Below, in pieces: positions 12,411-23,579 of a stretch of DNA of 64,000 nucleotides. Numbering within the stretch: position 1 is the first letter of the stretch; each line of letters begins with the position of its first letter. The notes beneath the pieces were generated by a model. That model saw only the letters and a list, made by a program, of their open reading frames with translations. It searched no databases and was not told the DNA's origin. The translations under genes were made by a program, and so were the position numbers. The stretch is from Octopus sinensis (lineage: Eukaryota). Location of the stretch: NCBI RefSeq assembly GCF_006345805.1, contig NW_021833025.1, positions 124,001 to 188,000 of the forward strand, written 5' to 3'.

Positions 12411-13712
12411 ATGTATGAATATTTTAAATGCTGTCCTTTGTGGTAATTATTTTGTATAAAGTGAACAGAACAAAATTAATTTATTAAGGCCTTTTAAAAG
12501 AATTATTTCTTCCAATTCTAATGTTAATAAAAACATTGGAAGATGGCTATTGGCCTGTTCAGGACTAACATTTGGTGCAATAACTATTGGCGGGATTACA
12601 AGGCAATAATGTTAATATTACTTTAAAGACTGACTGAGTCCGGCTTGTCTATTGTCGAGTGGAAGGTGGTATCGGGAATAGCATTCCCTTTATCTGAAGA
12701 GTCGTGGATACGAGAATTTGATAAATATAAACAATTCCCTCAATATAATCAGTAATGAATCTACATGAATGCTAGAATGCCTCATTTAGATTTTGATGAG
12801 TTCAAAAAGATGTGGATTTGGGAATATTTTCACAGAATTATTGGAAGAGTTGTCGGAATTACTTTTCTATTTCCGGCTATTTATTTTTGGCGAACAGGAC
12901 AGCTATCTACTGGAGTGAAGCGAAGAGTTGCTGTCTTCGGCTCTCTGATTGGTCTTGAAGGAATCTTTGGCTGGTTAATGGTTCGGTCTGGGCTGAAAGA
13001 ACAAGAGGGAATAGTTCGAGTCAGCCCGTATAACTTGGCACTCCACTTAATGACTGCATCATTCCTATACGTAGGAATGTTTTACAACGGTCTCGTCATT
13101 TTCCTCAAACCGAGACTAGTCATTTTTTTAAATATTTCCCTAGTCTAATTTCGACTACGCTGGGAAGCGTGGAATTCTTAACATAAAAGTACACGTATCC
13201 CTCTTATTAATCTTTTTCACTCTCTTGACGGGTACCATAGTATCTAATATTCAAAGGATCTTTCGTGGCGGGAAGAGATGCTGGACGAATTTACAATACT
13301 TGGCCAAAAATGGGAAATCACTGGATTCCTGCAGAAATATTTGAATTAAAACCAACTTGGAAAAATGTCTTTGAAAACGATTCAACTGTTCAGTTCAATC
13401 ACAGAATAATGGTGATAATTGATTCAATATTCTCAGGGGAAAGTTACCTTTTTATATTTGTTATATTTGTGGTATTCTTTATATAAGTCACCACTACCTC
13501 CTCGAGCTCGTTTGGCTTCACATCTCCTTCCTATCATTGGACTTGTACAGGTTATTAGTTGTTGGAGGTTACTTTATTAGGTGGCATTGGGAATCTCGAC
13601 GCTAATAACATCAGTGCAGACGCACGTAGCTGCTACACATCAGGCCAATTCGGTTTTGTTGTTGTCTGTGGCCACTTGGCTTGCCACAGAATTGAGACGT
13701 TTTCCAAAATAA
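12411..13712 (+). CDS. COX15: Heme A synthase COX15 (8 exons)
   Basis: [51 protein letters not shown] motifs join in frame over introns of 19, 26 (GC-AG), 24, 25, 25, 25 and 30 nt. Confidence 0.94.
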
Positions 13713-13949
13713 TGTCATTTCTAAATACTTTCAGTTGAATTTAAAATTCAAAGAAATTAAATATATTTTGTTCCTGGCGACCAGGATGATTTACATATTC
13801 GATAGAGTGACCTACATAGTTTGAGATTCAATTATTAAATTGAATTGTTTTTATGTTTAAAAAACCAAAAACCCAATGAACAAGGAAAAATCATTAACGG
13901 GAAGATAAAAACAAGCCATTAAAGTGTCTTTTCTACGTAAGTGTATCTA

Positions 13950-14170
13950 TAATTTTTTATCTAAACTTTATCTCCGACACTAAATTCGTATTTACTATTG
14001 TGGACATTCATTTTCCTATTCATTGCCTTATAGTAGGCTGAGTTTCTATCAATCGGATTTAAATTAAATTTGAATTTTTTTGGACTTGAACAATTAGAAT
14101 CGCCTAAATATAAATTCAAAGTTAAAATACTTGAATTTTCAATTGAGTCTAAATTTGAACAAATCTCTGA
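13950..14170 (+). repeat. About 195-bp dispersed repeat (second copy at 52016-52211)
   Basis: Near-identical ATCTAAACTTTATCTCCGACACTAAATTCG...GTTAAAATACTTGAATTTTCAA in both places. Confidence 0.8.
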
Positions 14171-14229
14171 ATTTTCAAAATGATTTTTAATATTTTCTAA
14201 AACATAATTTGATAATTATAACCTGCATC

Positions 14230-15110
14230 AACAGTGTTTATTCCGCTTATCCCTCGACATCTTTCGAAAGGACTCTGATTTGAAAATGAGTGTACAGCCT
14301 TGTTATAACAGTACACTGCTTTTTCGAGAATTTCCAGCCACTTTTTTCATCTGTGTCTATCATTTTGGAAAGTTTTCGGGTGATGGTTTGATTAAAACGT
14401 TCTACAATCTCCCGTGTACGGGGATTGTTTGGTTTTCCATGCATCTGAACTACATTGAACTCTTCGCATAGATCTCTCAGAGACACATTCTTGAATTCTG
14501 AACCATTATCTGATTGCAAAATTTTGCAAGGTCCATATAGGTAGAAAAGTGATCTTAAGTTTTTGCATACTTCTTATGAAGATTTATGAAAAAGGGTCTG
14601 ACATATGCAAATCTGAATAAATTGTTGAGAGACCTATTACCAACCTACTATAAACATCGATGACTGTTAAAATCCATTTGTAATTATTATTTACGACTGA
14701 AAACTTTTTTAGATCTACAAGATCTAGCTGAAACCTTTCATTCGGAGAAGAAGCAAAAATATGATATCACCAACCTACATTAAAAATTAAAAAGAATTAA
14801 AACTTTCAATGGACAGGCAAATTTACATACTTCACAATTTCGAATGACTTTTCTGATTATGTCATTTTTAACAATGAAGTATCTTTGTCGACACTCATTT
14901 TCAATCTTGTTTATTCCTCCGTGTGAATATTCGTGTAGAGATTTAGCTACATGTGAATTTCATTGATTATTGTAAAGTCTATATTTTGCTTGTCTAGAAA
15001 AATCTTCCGGGAATTTATTTTCCAAACCATCTTTTAAAATTCGATACTCTGAAGAATCTTTGACATAACCTCTATAAGAAGCCATTACAGAAACAAATCT
15101 AGCACGCTAA
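14230..15110 (-). mobile_element. Degenerate retroviral-type integrase (KRBA2/Ginger-like) fragment
   Basis: QSDNGSEFKN..HGKPNNPRTREIVERFNQTI integrase core. Confidence 0.68.
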
Positions 15111-15151
15111 AAATTTTCCAATAAGTTTAGGTTTACCAACATTAAAAAAAT

Positions 15152-15430
15152 AACTTTTTTAAATTATTTAAGTACATGAACAAAAACTAGTTTTAATCAA
15201 TACAAGGCATACAAGGCAAGGCATAGAATCAATACAAGGATGCTCGCGAGTCTTCTTGGTTGAGGCAAAGGATCTCGCTCGCAATCGTGCGCGGGAACGC
15301 GCAAGCAATCCGTTCGGCTGGGTTAATTTAGTTATAAATTATTATGTTTTATACATTTTCGAGTTTTAAAAAAAACTTTTTTAAATTTAAGTACATGAAC
15401 AAAAACTAATTTAAATCAATACAAGGCATA
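15152..15430 (+). mobile_element. 5'-truncated CRE-like 3' end flanked by ~57-60-bp direct repeats
   Basis: DARESSWLRQRISLAIVRGNAQAI* then an A-tract; flanks 15152-15211 and 15374-15430 are near-identical. Confidence 0.72.
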
Positions 15431-15814
15431 GTTAAACTTTATAATTGGTCGATAAAAATAATATTTGTGATAATCAAAGGATTTAATTTTGACATCTACT
15501 AGGTCAAAAATGTAACCGGTTGCCCATGCGTAACGCGTTGCCCATGTCACATAATGCTAATTATTATTTTTTATCAATAATATTCTTTATCAAGGTCAAT
15601 AAAGATTAAACTTCATTGGTCGATCGACTTTCATATGTAATTTAACACATAATTTTATAAATATTATTTTATCAAAGAAAATTGACCTTAATATTATTTT
15701 TAATTAAACTGACCTTAAATTCATTAAGATATTTTCATGTAAGACTACCATATTTAAAATAAATTTTTAAACGTGTTTGTTGCCCGCGCTATCTAAGTTA
15801 CACCTAAGATTTTT

Positions 15815-17123
15815 AATGACGTCCTTAAATGATGCAAAAAACCGTTTTTCTGATATTTGGGATGACCTTTTGTCGCGAGATAGATTTGCCTACCTAAGTT
15901 GGGTGGATTCAAAATTGTCCGAGTTTAAAATTTATGGAAAAATGTCATTTAGTTTGTTATATATTAATTCATTTCAGACGACCCTCAATGTCAAATTTAT
16001 CCTTTGTGGATATCTCATACATTAGCTAGTTCTGTCCGACAAAGATTCGACTTGTTAATGGCTGACGATTCCATTCAAGGAAAGAAAAATACAAAGAAGA
16101 GTCTCATGTGTTTAGGTTTTAAAGTTTTTTTGAATAAAATTAGATATTTTAAGAAAGGAAATCGAAAACAAGAATAAGTCTTTTAATACTCCCCAGAAAC
16201 GCAATCGAATGCAGAGAAATAAAACAGACAACAAAACCCCTTGTAATTCTGACTTCAATTCTAAAAAACGTCTCAAATTTGACAATTCCGAGTCTCCAGT
16301 ATTCAGTCCACTTAAAGTTACCAAAAAAACTCCTGTTAAAAATATTCTGGATCATATAAATAAACTAAATGAAATTCCAACCTCAAATCAGTGCTGTGAT
16401 TTTGACTCGTATGTTAAAAAATTTGTTTCAGTTACGTCAAAAATTTCTGCTGTTTCCGAAAATAGAGATTCTAAAGACGCATCGTCTCAGGATGGCATGT
16501 TCAGTCAAAATTCGCAAAATTCTAGAAATGATTTTTGTGGGGATACAGAAAATTCTTTAGATTATAACACCTTTATTTCTTTTTTTAACTATTCGGAAAA
16601 TGATACTTCAAAAACAAATGAAACTGCCGATTCGAATGCGACTCTTACGTGTGGGAATTTTTCAGAAATTATTGGTTCACGTGAAGGAGAAGAACGTCTA
16701 TTTGATTTTCCCGTTTTAGTGGATGAAACTAATCAGAATAATTTTATTTCCAACTTAGATGATATCTCAAGAACCGACGTTGTTTGTAATAAATATTCTG
16801 AATGTGAAACTAACGACTCTATTGGAACTTATCAAACAGATTTGATTAATTTGAATAACAGGGATGATAATTCCAATATCATTGAAGATTCTTTAACCAA
16901 CGCTAATTCAAACTCTTTAATGATAAACATGGACATCAACCGTCCATTTAGAATCTTTGGATCCGATGAAAAGAATACGCCAGAAACCTGTTGTTCAAAA
17001 GAATCTGAAGTTAGTGAGACAATGGATTGTGAATTTACTGGGGATTCTGATTTCCGCGAACTGGACCAATGCAACGGTAAAACTCTGATAATCGATGATA
17101 CAATCAATTTTATGTCGAATTGA
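15815..17123 (+). CDS. Unknown host gene: short 5' exons plus a long N/S/D-rich exon (16209-17123)
   Basis: 304-codon open frame in AT-rich DNA; upstream GC-richer exon-like blocks; no recognised domain. Confidence 0.5.
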
Positions 17124-17169
17124 CGACCTTGGTTATTAATACATTGATTTTTTTGTTATTACATCAACT

Positions 17170-17900
17170 CGAGTTCTATCAACGGCTGACAAATTCGAAC
17201 TTAATTCTTATCTAGAAGGTTACCAATACTTGGAAGTGGAGTGGCATTTAACCAGGCACCGCTGTGGGGACGACGGGCCGTCACAAAGGAGGTCAAACGA
17301 TGTTGATCAAGGGATGCGCGGAATGACTTAATACGCGATTGAAGGCGAATTTCCTTCCGAGCAAATTGTTTTTGCGGAAGGTCAGAAGTTTCATAACCAA
17401 GCGAGTGCCACTTCAGGACCGCCGATGATAACTCAGGAGGCACGTAATATTTAAAGTCAGTTGAGAGAACCGTGAGTTTCTGACATGAAGAAAGTGACGA
17501 AAGGTACGCAGGCAGTGCGACATCATTCGGGCAACGAAGTCCGAGGTCTCCGTGGCGTATAGGGAATGATGCTTGGCTCTAATCCAAAGAATCAAATTAA
17601 CATTGAATATAGATTGATCAGTGAAGATGTTTTCATGCAGAAAGCATGGTACACTTCTGATGGAGTGAAGCAATTTTGGCAGAGCAAAAAAGTTTTTGGC
17701 TAGAAACAAGCCGACAAGCACTGAGACACGCCGGGCATTTCCCGATTCAAGGGCCGCAGACGATGACTTAGTTAAGCCGGTATAAGACAAGTGAACATCC
17801 CTCTGGAAGATAAAGCATTTCCTAGGCTTCTTCCGGGTGTTATTAGTTAAACAAATAAGGCATCGAAATGATGGAGACGAATTGGTATGGGATGGATTCA
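17170..17900 (-). mobile_element. CRE-like post-RT fragment
   Basis: RRPHSGAWLNATPLPSIGNLLD, homologous to SRVWLCAFPNAPSGTLLD of the 4.1-4.9 kb ORF. Confidence 0.6.
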
Positions 17901-18589
17901 TAGGATTGAAAAAGTGGTGATATGAAAGGAATTATAGAGAAGGGATTAAAGGAGAAATGAGAATTAAGAATTGGAAAGAGAAATGAGAAATTGATATTAA
18001 AAGGAATTATAGAGAAAGAAAGAATTGTTTGATATGAAAGGAAATTGGAATTGATATGAAAGAGACGGTTGCCCTACTCATCACATACGGACTTTTTATT
18101 AAATTGGATTCTCCGATTTGAATGTCGAGCTTTCTAGTCTTTATTCGGCCGCACTACAATAAAAAGAAGCTACAAGACAAGAGTACACGGGACTTCCTAC
18201 CTTGAATTTAATTAAAATAATTAACTTTCTTGTTCTCTTGATCTCAAAAATTGTGTTTGTGAAAATAGAAGCACAAGAAAAGCTTAGTTACTTAGGTGCC
18301 CATGCCTTACCTGTAAATATTTCCTCATGTACAAGAAAGGAAGTGTAGATTATTCCACTAATTATTGATCATTTGGAGTAATTATTTATAAGTTTGAAAA
18401 GTTATTTTCCATCTATATTAGTTGACTCTATAATTGGGTGAGGAATCAATTTGTTGAGTACGAAATAACTGAAAACGAGCTATTATTAAAAAAGGAAGAA
18501 AAACACGAGTTTATTTCAAATGACAAAACATTAGAAATGGAATATTTAAAGCGTAAAAATTGATTCGTTCTGGCTAATTGTCAAAAAAG

Positions 18590-18905
18590 AATATCTTATC
18601 ATAGCAAACAAAGCTTTAAAAGTTTTGGTTCTGTTTTCAACGACTCATCTCTGTGAAAGTGGATTTTCTACTTTAAAAAATATAAAGCATAAAAAACGCG
18701 CCAATTTACTATATGTAGAACAAGACATGCGTTTATCCCTGTCAAGGATAAGGAGAAATATACAGAGCTATTCAAGAGACATCAGGCTCAGCATCTCACT
18801 AATTTTTGTATTAATAAATACTGATAATTCTTAAAAACTATATGAGTTCCGTAAACCAAATAAAATGTCGTTAGGACGCTCTCTAAAAGGTTGGGAACTA
18901 CTGCA
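18590..18905 (+). mobile_element. hAT (Buster/Charlie-type) 3' end
   Basis: LFSTTHLCESGFS..DMRLSLS dimerisation motif; terminus GGTTGGGAACTACTG. Confidence 0.68.
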
Positions 18906-19237
18906 TTAATGATTGATGCGTCAACACTAATTCTTGCGCGTTCGACGTTAAATAAGAATATTATTTATGATAATGCTGTTAAAGTCATCAAAATATTTAA
19001 TTAATACCGTTCAATTTTTCTTTTATTAAATAACTTCATTGTTCAAGGTTTTCCCGATGTTTATAACTAAATTATGTTTTTTTGCTGAATTTTGTCTAAA
19101 AGTATATAAAAATTCATTAAGGTAACAGAAAACTTTTTAGCTATAGTTATGTCAAATAATAAATTTTTAAATAAATATATTAAATGTATAATATTATAAA
19201 TTAATATATAAATTCTAGCCTAGTTTTAATTTAGCAT

Positions 19238-20420
19238 ATGAGTAAGGAATGTCTTAAAGAACGCTTAACCGTCTTGGTTATTAATAGCTTTGTTGCAACA
19301 CTCAACGTCGGAAATTTGGCTTCTCGAACAATACTTGAGGTTGATAAGTTTTCTATATTACAAGATTATGGATATTTTAGCAGTTTGTATGCCAACTTGC
19401 TACTTTAGTCTCCACAACGGTTTGACGCAATTAAATTAATATTTATTTAGGGTTTGGAAAAAACTTTTGTTCTGGATTTATCATCGATTCACTTTTCAAA
19501 TTTTACAGAAACATCAAGCAAGAAAATTTTAACAAATTTAACTACGTTTTAATTGGTAAAATAAGTAATTTACATAATTAGGGTACTTGTACTCAAAATT
19601 AAACTTAATCGATGTCCATAAAATTATCGAAGATATGAAATTTACTAATCCAAATATAAAAATTCGTATTGCATTTTTTAAGTTATTAGTTTGTGATCCT
19701 GTTATGGGAGACAACAACAGATATGTATTTATTATATATAAATATTAGTACTGTCATAAAGATTTGTCGGATGCTTATATGAATGGATTTATAAAACTCT
19801 GTGATATTCTAACTCCTAATCTATTTGAGACAGAGTATGATTTTATTTAATATTGATAGAATTCTTACTGAATGTAAAATAAATAACATTCAAGAAGCAT
19901 TTTTTCAAATGCAAAAATTAATTCACATGGGCCCAAAAATCGTTATTCTTACCAGTATGGAATCATCTGATGAAAATTATTTACTTGCTCTCTTTTGTAT
20001 GGCCACTAAACGTAATATTGATTGGATTGTATTTTGAGGTGGATTTTTACAATACTTTATTAAATTTCCAAAATTTCATGCACACTTTGCAGGAACTGGA
20101 GATGTATTTTCATCTTTGTTTTTATCTTGGATAAACAATACGCAGGGCGACCCAGTTGTATTAGATTTCTAAAATTATTATTCATTTAAAGAAAGCTTTC
20201 GAGATTACTGTCAACATTCTCCACTTTATTTTAAAGGATACATTTGATTATGCTAGAAGTTGAACTTTTTATACTTAAATCAGAGGAAGGAATTGATCCT
20301 TTCACTCTCGATTTGAGGTTGGTGGAATCCGAAAACAGGATTAGAAATCCATTTATTGTTTTTAAAGCTGTGGAATATAAAATGCCTACAATTAGTGTGA
20401 TCTTTTGTAGATGTTTTTAG
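19238..20420 (+). CDS. PDXK: Pyridoxal kinase (multi-exon)
   Basis: Exons splice in frame: NVGN, CDPVMGD, DILTPNLFE, GPKIVILTS, FAGTGD, LRLVES; the six introns counted are 24-31 nt. Confidence 0.88.
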
Positions 20421-20508
20421 ATTTTAACGTGGACTGCCTCCAAAAATAGAGTTATTAGTTTACATTGTTTTGTTAAAAAATTGATTCTTTGATAAAATAC
20501 TTTAACTA

Positions 20509-22395
20509 TACCATTTCCCATACTAAATGGGATTAATACCAAACTAAGTGGGATTAGCAGAAAACTAAATGGGATTAACGTCAAACTAAGTGGGATTAGC
20601 AGAAAACTAAATGGGATTAACATCAAACTAAGTGGGAAAATGGTACAGAAGACATTTGCATAAACAGACAAGGAAGAGGACATTACGGAAAATATTCAAT
20701 GGAAAAACGGAAATTGATCATAGACACACACGATAGAGATGGAGATTGGCGCTCTTTATGCAGGTCTTTGGGAGTGAAAGAAAGGACCGCATATTATTGG
20801 ATTAAAAATAAAAAAATTGAATTACTTCCTAAAGGAGGAAAGATTTGGAGTAAAAAAAGTGAAGAAATTATATCTGCTCTATTAACTTGGATTGAATGCG
20901 ATTGCCAGATCTCACTGGTCGAATGTACTGAAAAAATTCAAGCTCAATTCAATGTTACTGTTTGTGTAAATACAGTAAAAAATTGGCTTGATGGACAATT
21001 AATTTCATTGAAATCACAATAAACATGAATACAGAGGAAAATAAAATAAAAAGAATGGAGTATTTAACACGTCTTTTGAATGCGAGATCTAAAGGAAGAA
21101 CTATAATTTGGATAGATGAGTCAAATTTTAATTTATTTTGTCGTCGTAAAGAAGGACGTTAACAAATTGGATGTCGGTCTATTGTTCTTGCACCCAGTAG
21201 CAGAGGGTCAAATTTACATTGTATAGCTGCAATGTCATCGTCACAAATATATAATTTTAAGTGCAGAAGAGGCTCATATACAGGGGAGTCCTGTAAAACA
21301 TGGTTTAGGCAACTTATTAATGAATGTGATGCATCAGGAGTTACACATCCAACATTCGTAATTGATAATGCTCCTATTCACAGTCAACTTGAGTCTGTAA
21401 TAAATCCAGGAGAAAATAGTGAATTATTAAGACTAGCGCCATATTCTTATTTAATCAACCCAATAGAACTTGCTTGGAGTTCATTCAAAGCTGAAGAATT
21501 CGTGAAAATATGGATGAAACACAACAACACAACGCACCGTGTGTCCGGTGTGCTTAATCTGCCCAGTGGAGTCCCACTCCATGTTTACTTCAAAAGCTCA
21601 GGAATTAGTCAGGAAATAATTAGTTTTTTATTATCCGGCTCAATATTATTTTGCCATTGATCAAATATCCAAAGTAAATAAAATAAAAACTTTTTTGAAT
21701 AAATGTTGAATAAAAAACTAAAATTAATTAAATAATCTAAAAAATTGTGTTCCCTGATAAACTATACCATTTCCCATACTAAATGGGATTAACACCAAAC
21801 TAAGTGGGATTATCAGAAAACTAAATGGGATCAACGTCAAACTAAGTAAAGAAGAGAATTCGTGAAAATATGGATATAATTATAAATTATAAAAAAAATG
21901 CAGAGGGACTGTCAATAACCGAATTCAGAATGAGAATCTTGGAAAGGATTGCAATTGAGGCAAAAGAAGTATTAACTCCACAAAAGTTAATGGAATTCTC
22001 GAATCATGTGGAGAGATATTACCCCTCAGTTATTCGATGTGAAGATTTAACTGACAATTCTTTTTTGTAATAAAAATTTCTTGCAAAATAGAATTTCTCA
22101 CCTGCAAAATTGGTTTTCATGACCGCAAATTTAATTTCTTGATTGGAAAATCGATTTTCCCAGTCGCAAAATTCATTTACTATTTGCAAAAATGATTTTC
22201 CTAACCGCAAACCGGATTTCTTACATGCAAAATTGCCATTCGACAATTCCCTTAGCCACCCAATTGCTTTAAATTCTTTGTTGTGTTTTATTAAATAAAT
22301 TATTTTTTTTCTAAAATTGCCATTCTTGACTGCAAATTTAATTTCCAGATTGCAAAAATGATGTTCTCAGCTGCAAAATTGACTTGTAAATGGTA
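20509..22395 (+). mobile_element. IS630/Tc1-like DNA transposon A (inactive), with subterminal 21-bp arrays
   Basis: Ends TACCATTT/AAATGGTA flanked by TA; HTH ORF 20699-21022; WIDES..DNAPIH..NPIE (D33E spacing); stops plus a 334-bp insertion. Confidence 0.85.
21514..21847. repeat. Inverted near-identical copy of 23003-23336
   Basis: Direct reverse-complement comparison: about 334 bp with few differences. Confidence 0.9.
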
Positions 22396-22397
22396 TA

Positions 22398-23085
22398 GTG
22401 TGTCGGCAATATTTCCCTGTATTCAAGAAATAAAGCCTACACAATCTTTAGACGTAATGGTTTTCATGCTATCCACAATTATTTGTTCAAGTATCCGTGT
22501 TCGATACTCTTTAATTGATAAGCCTTCTCCCTGTTGGAATAAAATTTGGTTTTTTTTCGAAGCGATGTCTCTTTTTACGTGAGCTTTTACTTTGGACCAT
22601 ACGTTTTCGATGGGGTTAAGCATTGGGCTGTACGGACCGAGACGAAGAATATGAAAATCATTAAATTCTTCCAATCGAAGAACTTCTTCGATACCACTGT
22701 GAACTGGTGCATTGTCCAACACCACAATAACTGGACCACCATGTTTAATCCGTGCTTGCCTCAAACAAATTTGCCGAAATATTGCCGACATTAACATAAA
22801 ATTTAAAAAAAAAGAATTTTTTGGTGTTAATCCCATTTAGTTTGGTATTAATCCCATATTGTTTGGTATTAATCCCATATTGTTTGGTATTAATCACATA
22901 TTGTTTGGTATTAATCCCATATTGTTTGGTATTAATCCCATATTGTTTGGTATTAATCCCATTTAGTTTGGTGTTAATCCCACTTAGTTTGACGCTAATC
23001 CCACTTAGTTTGATGTTAATCCCATTTAGTTTTCTGATAATCCCACTTAGTTTGGTGTTAATCCCATTTAGTATGGGAAATGGTA
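22398..23085 (-). mobile_element. IS630/Tc1-like transposon B, internally deleted, with a 12 x 21-bp left-end array
   Basis: VLDNAPVH..PYSPMLNPIENVWS (D35E spacing); array 22822-23075; end TACCATTTCCC plus TA. Confidence 0.82.
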
Positions 23086-23579
23086 TAGTTTATCAGGGAA
23101 CACAATTTTTTAGATTATTTAATTAATTTTAGTTTTTTATTCAACATTTATTCAAAAAAGTTTTTATTTTATTTACTTTGGATATTTGATCAATGGCAAA
23201 ATAATATTGAGCCGGATAATAAAAAACTAATTATTTCCTGACTAATTCCTGAGCTTTTGAAGTAAACATGGAGTGGGACTCCACTGGGCAGATTAAGCAC
23301 ACCGGACACACGGTGCGTTGTGTTGTTGTGTTTCATGTATAAGAGACTTAACCAAATATAAAAGCCACTTACAGTCTGTTTAAAAAAACGTGACCACTTG
23401 AAAATGTATGTTTGTTTAATTTTTGTGATTTATTTTTGAAAATTTACAGGGAATGATAAATTTAAAACCTTTCCAAACTTGTTGACTTTGACCTTGGACA
23501 CCACCCTGTTCGCCTTATACATCACTTAAATTATCTAAGATATAATGTGATATTTCTAATTTATCAACCCATTTTTCAC

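Noticed and set aside
15815-16110. Possible INCENP N-terminal similarity
   Set aside because: Only a vague helical pattern; too weak to name.
17900-18065. Purine-rich degenerate repeats
   Set aside because: Low-complexity tract with no stable unit or coding signal.
22822-23075. 21-bp repeat array as a CRISPR array, or as the LVLIPYC-repeat protein in the ORF track
   Set aside because: Units are contiguous with no unique spacers, no cas genes are present, and the array abuts a transposon TIR; the ORF is a by-product of the 21-bp period.
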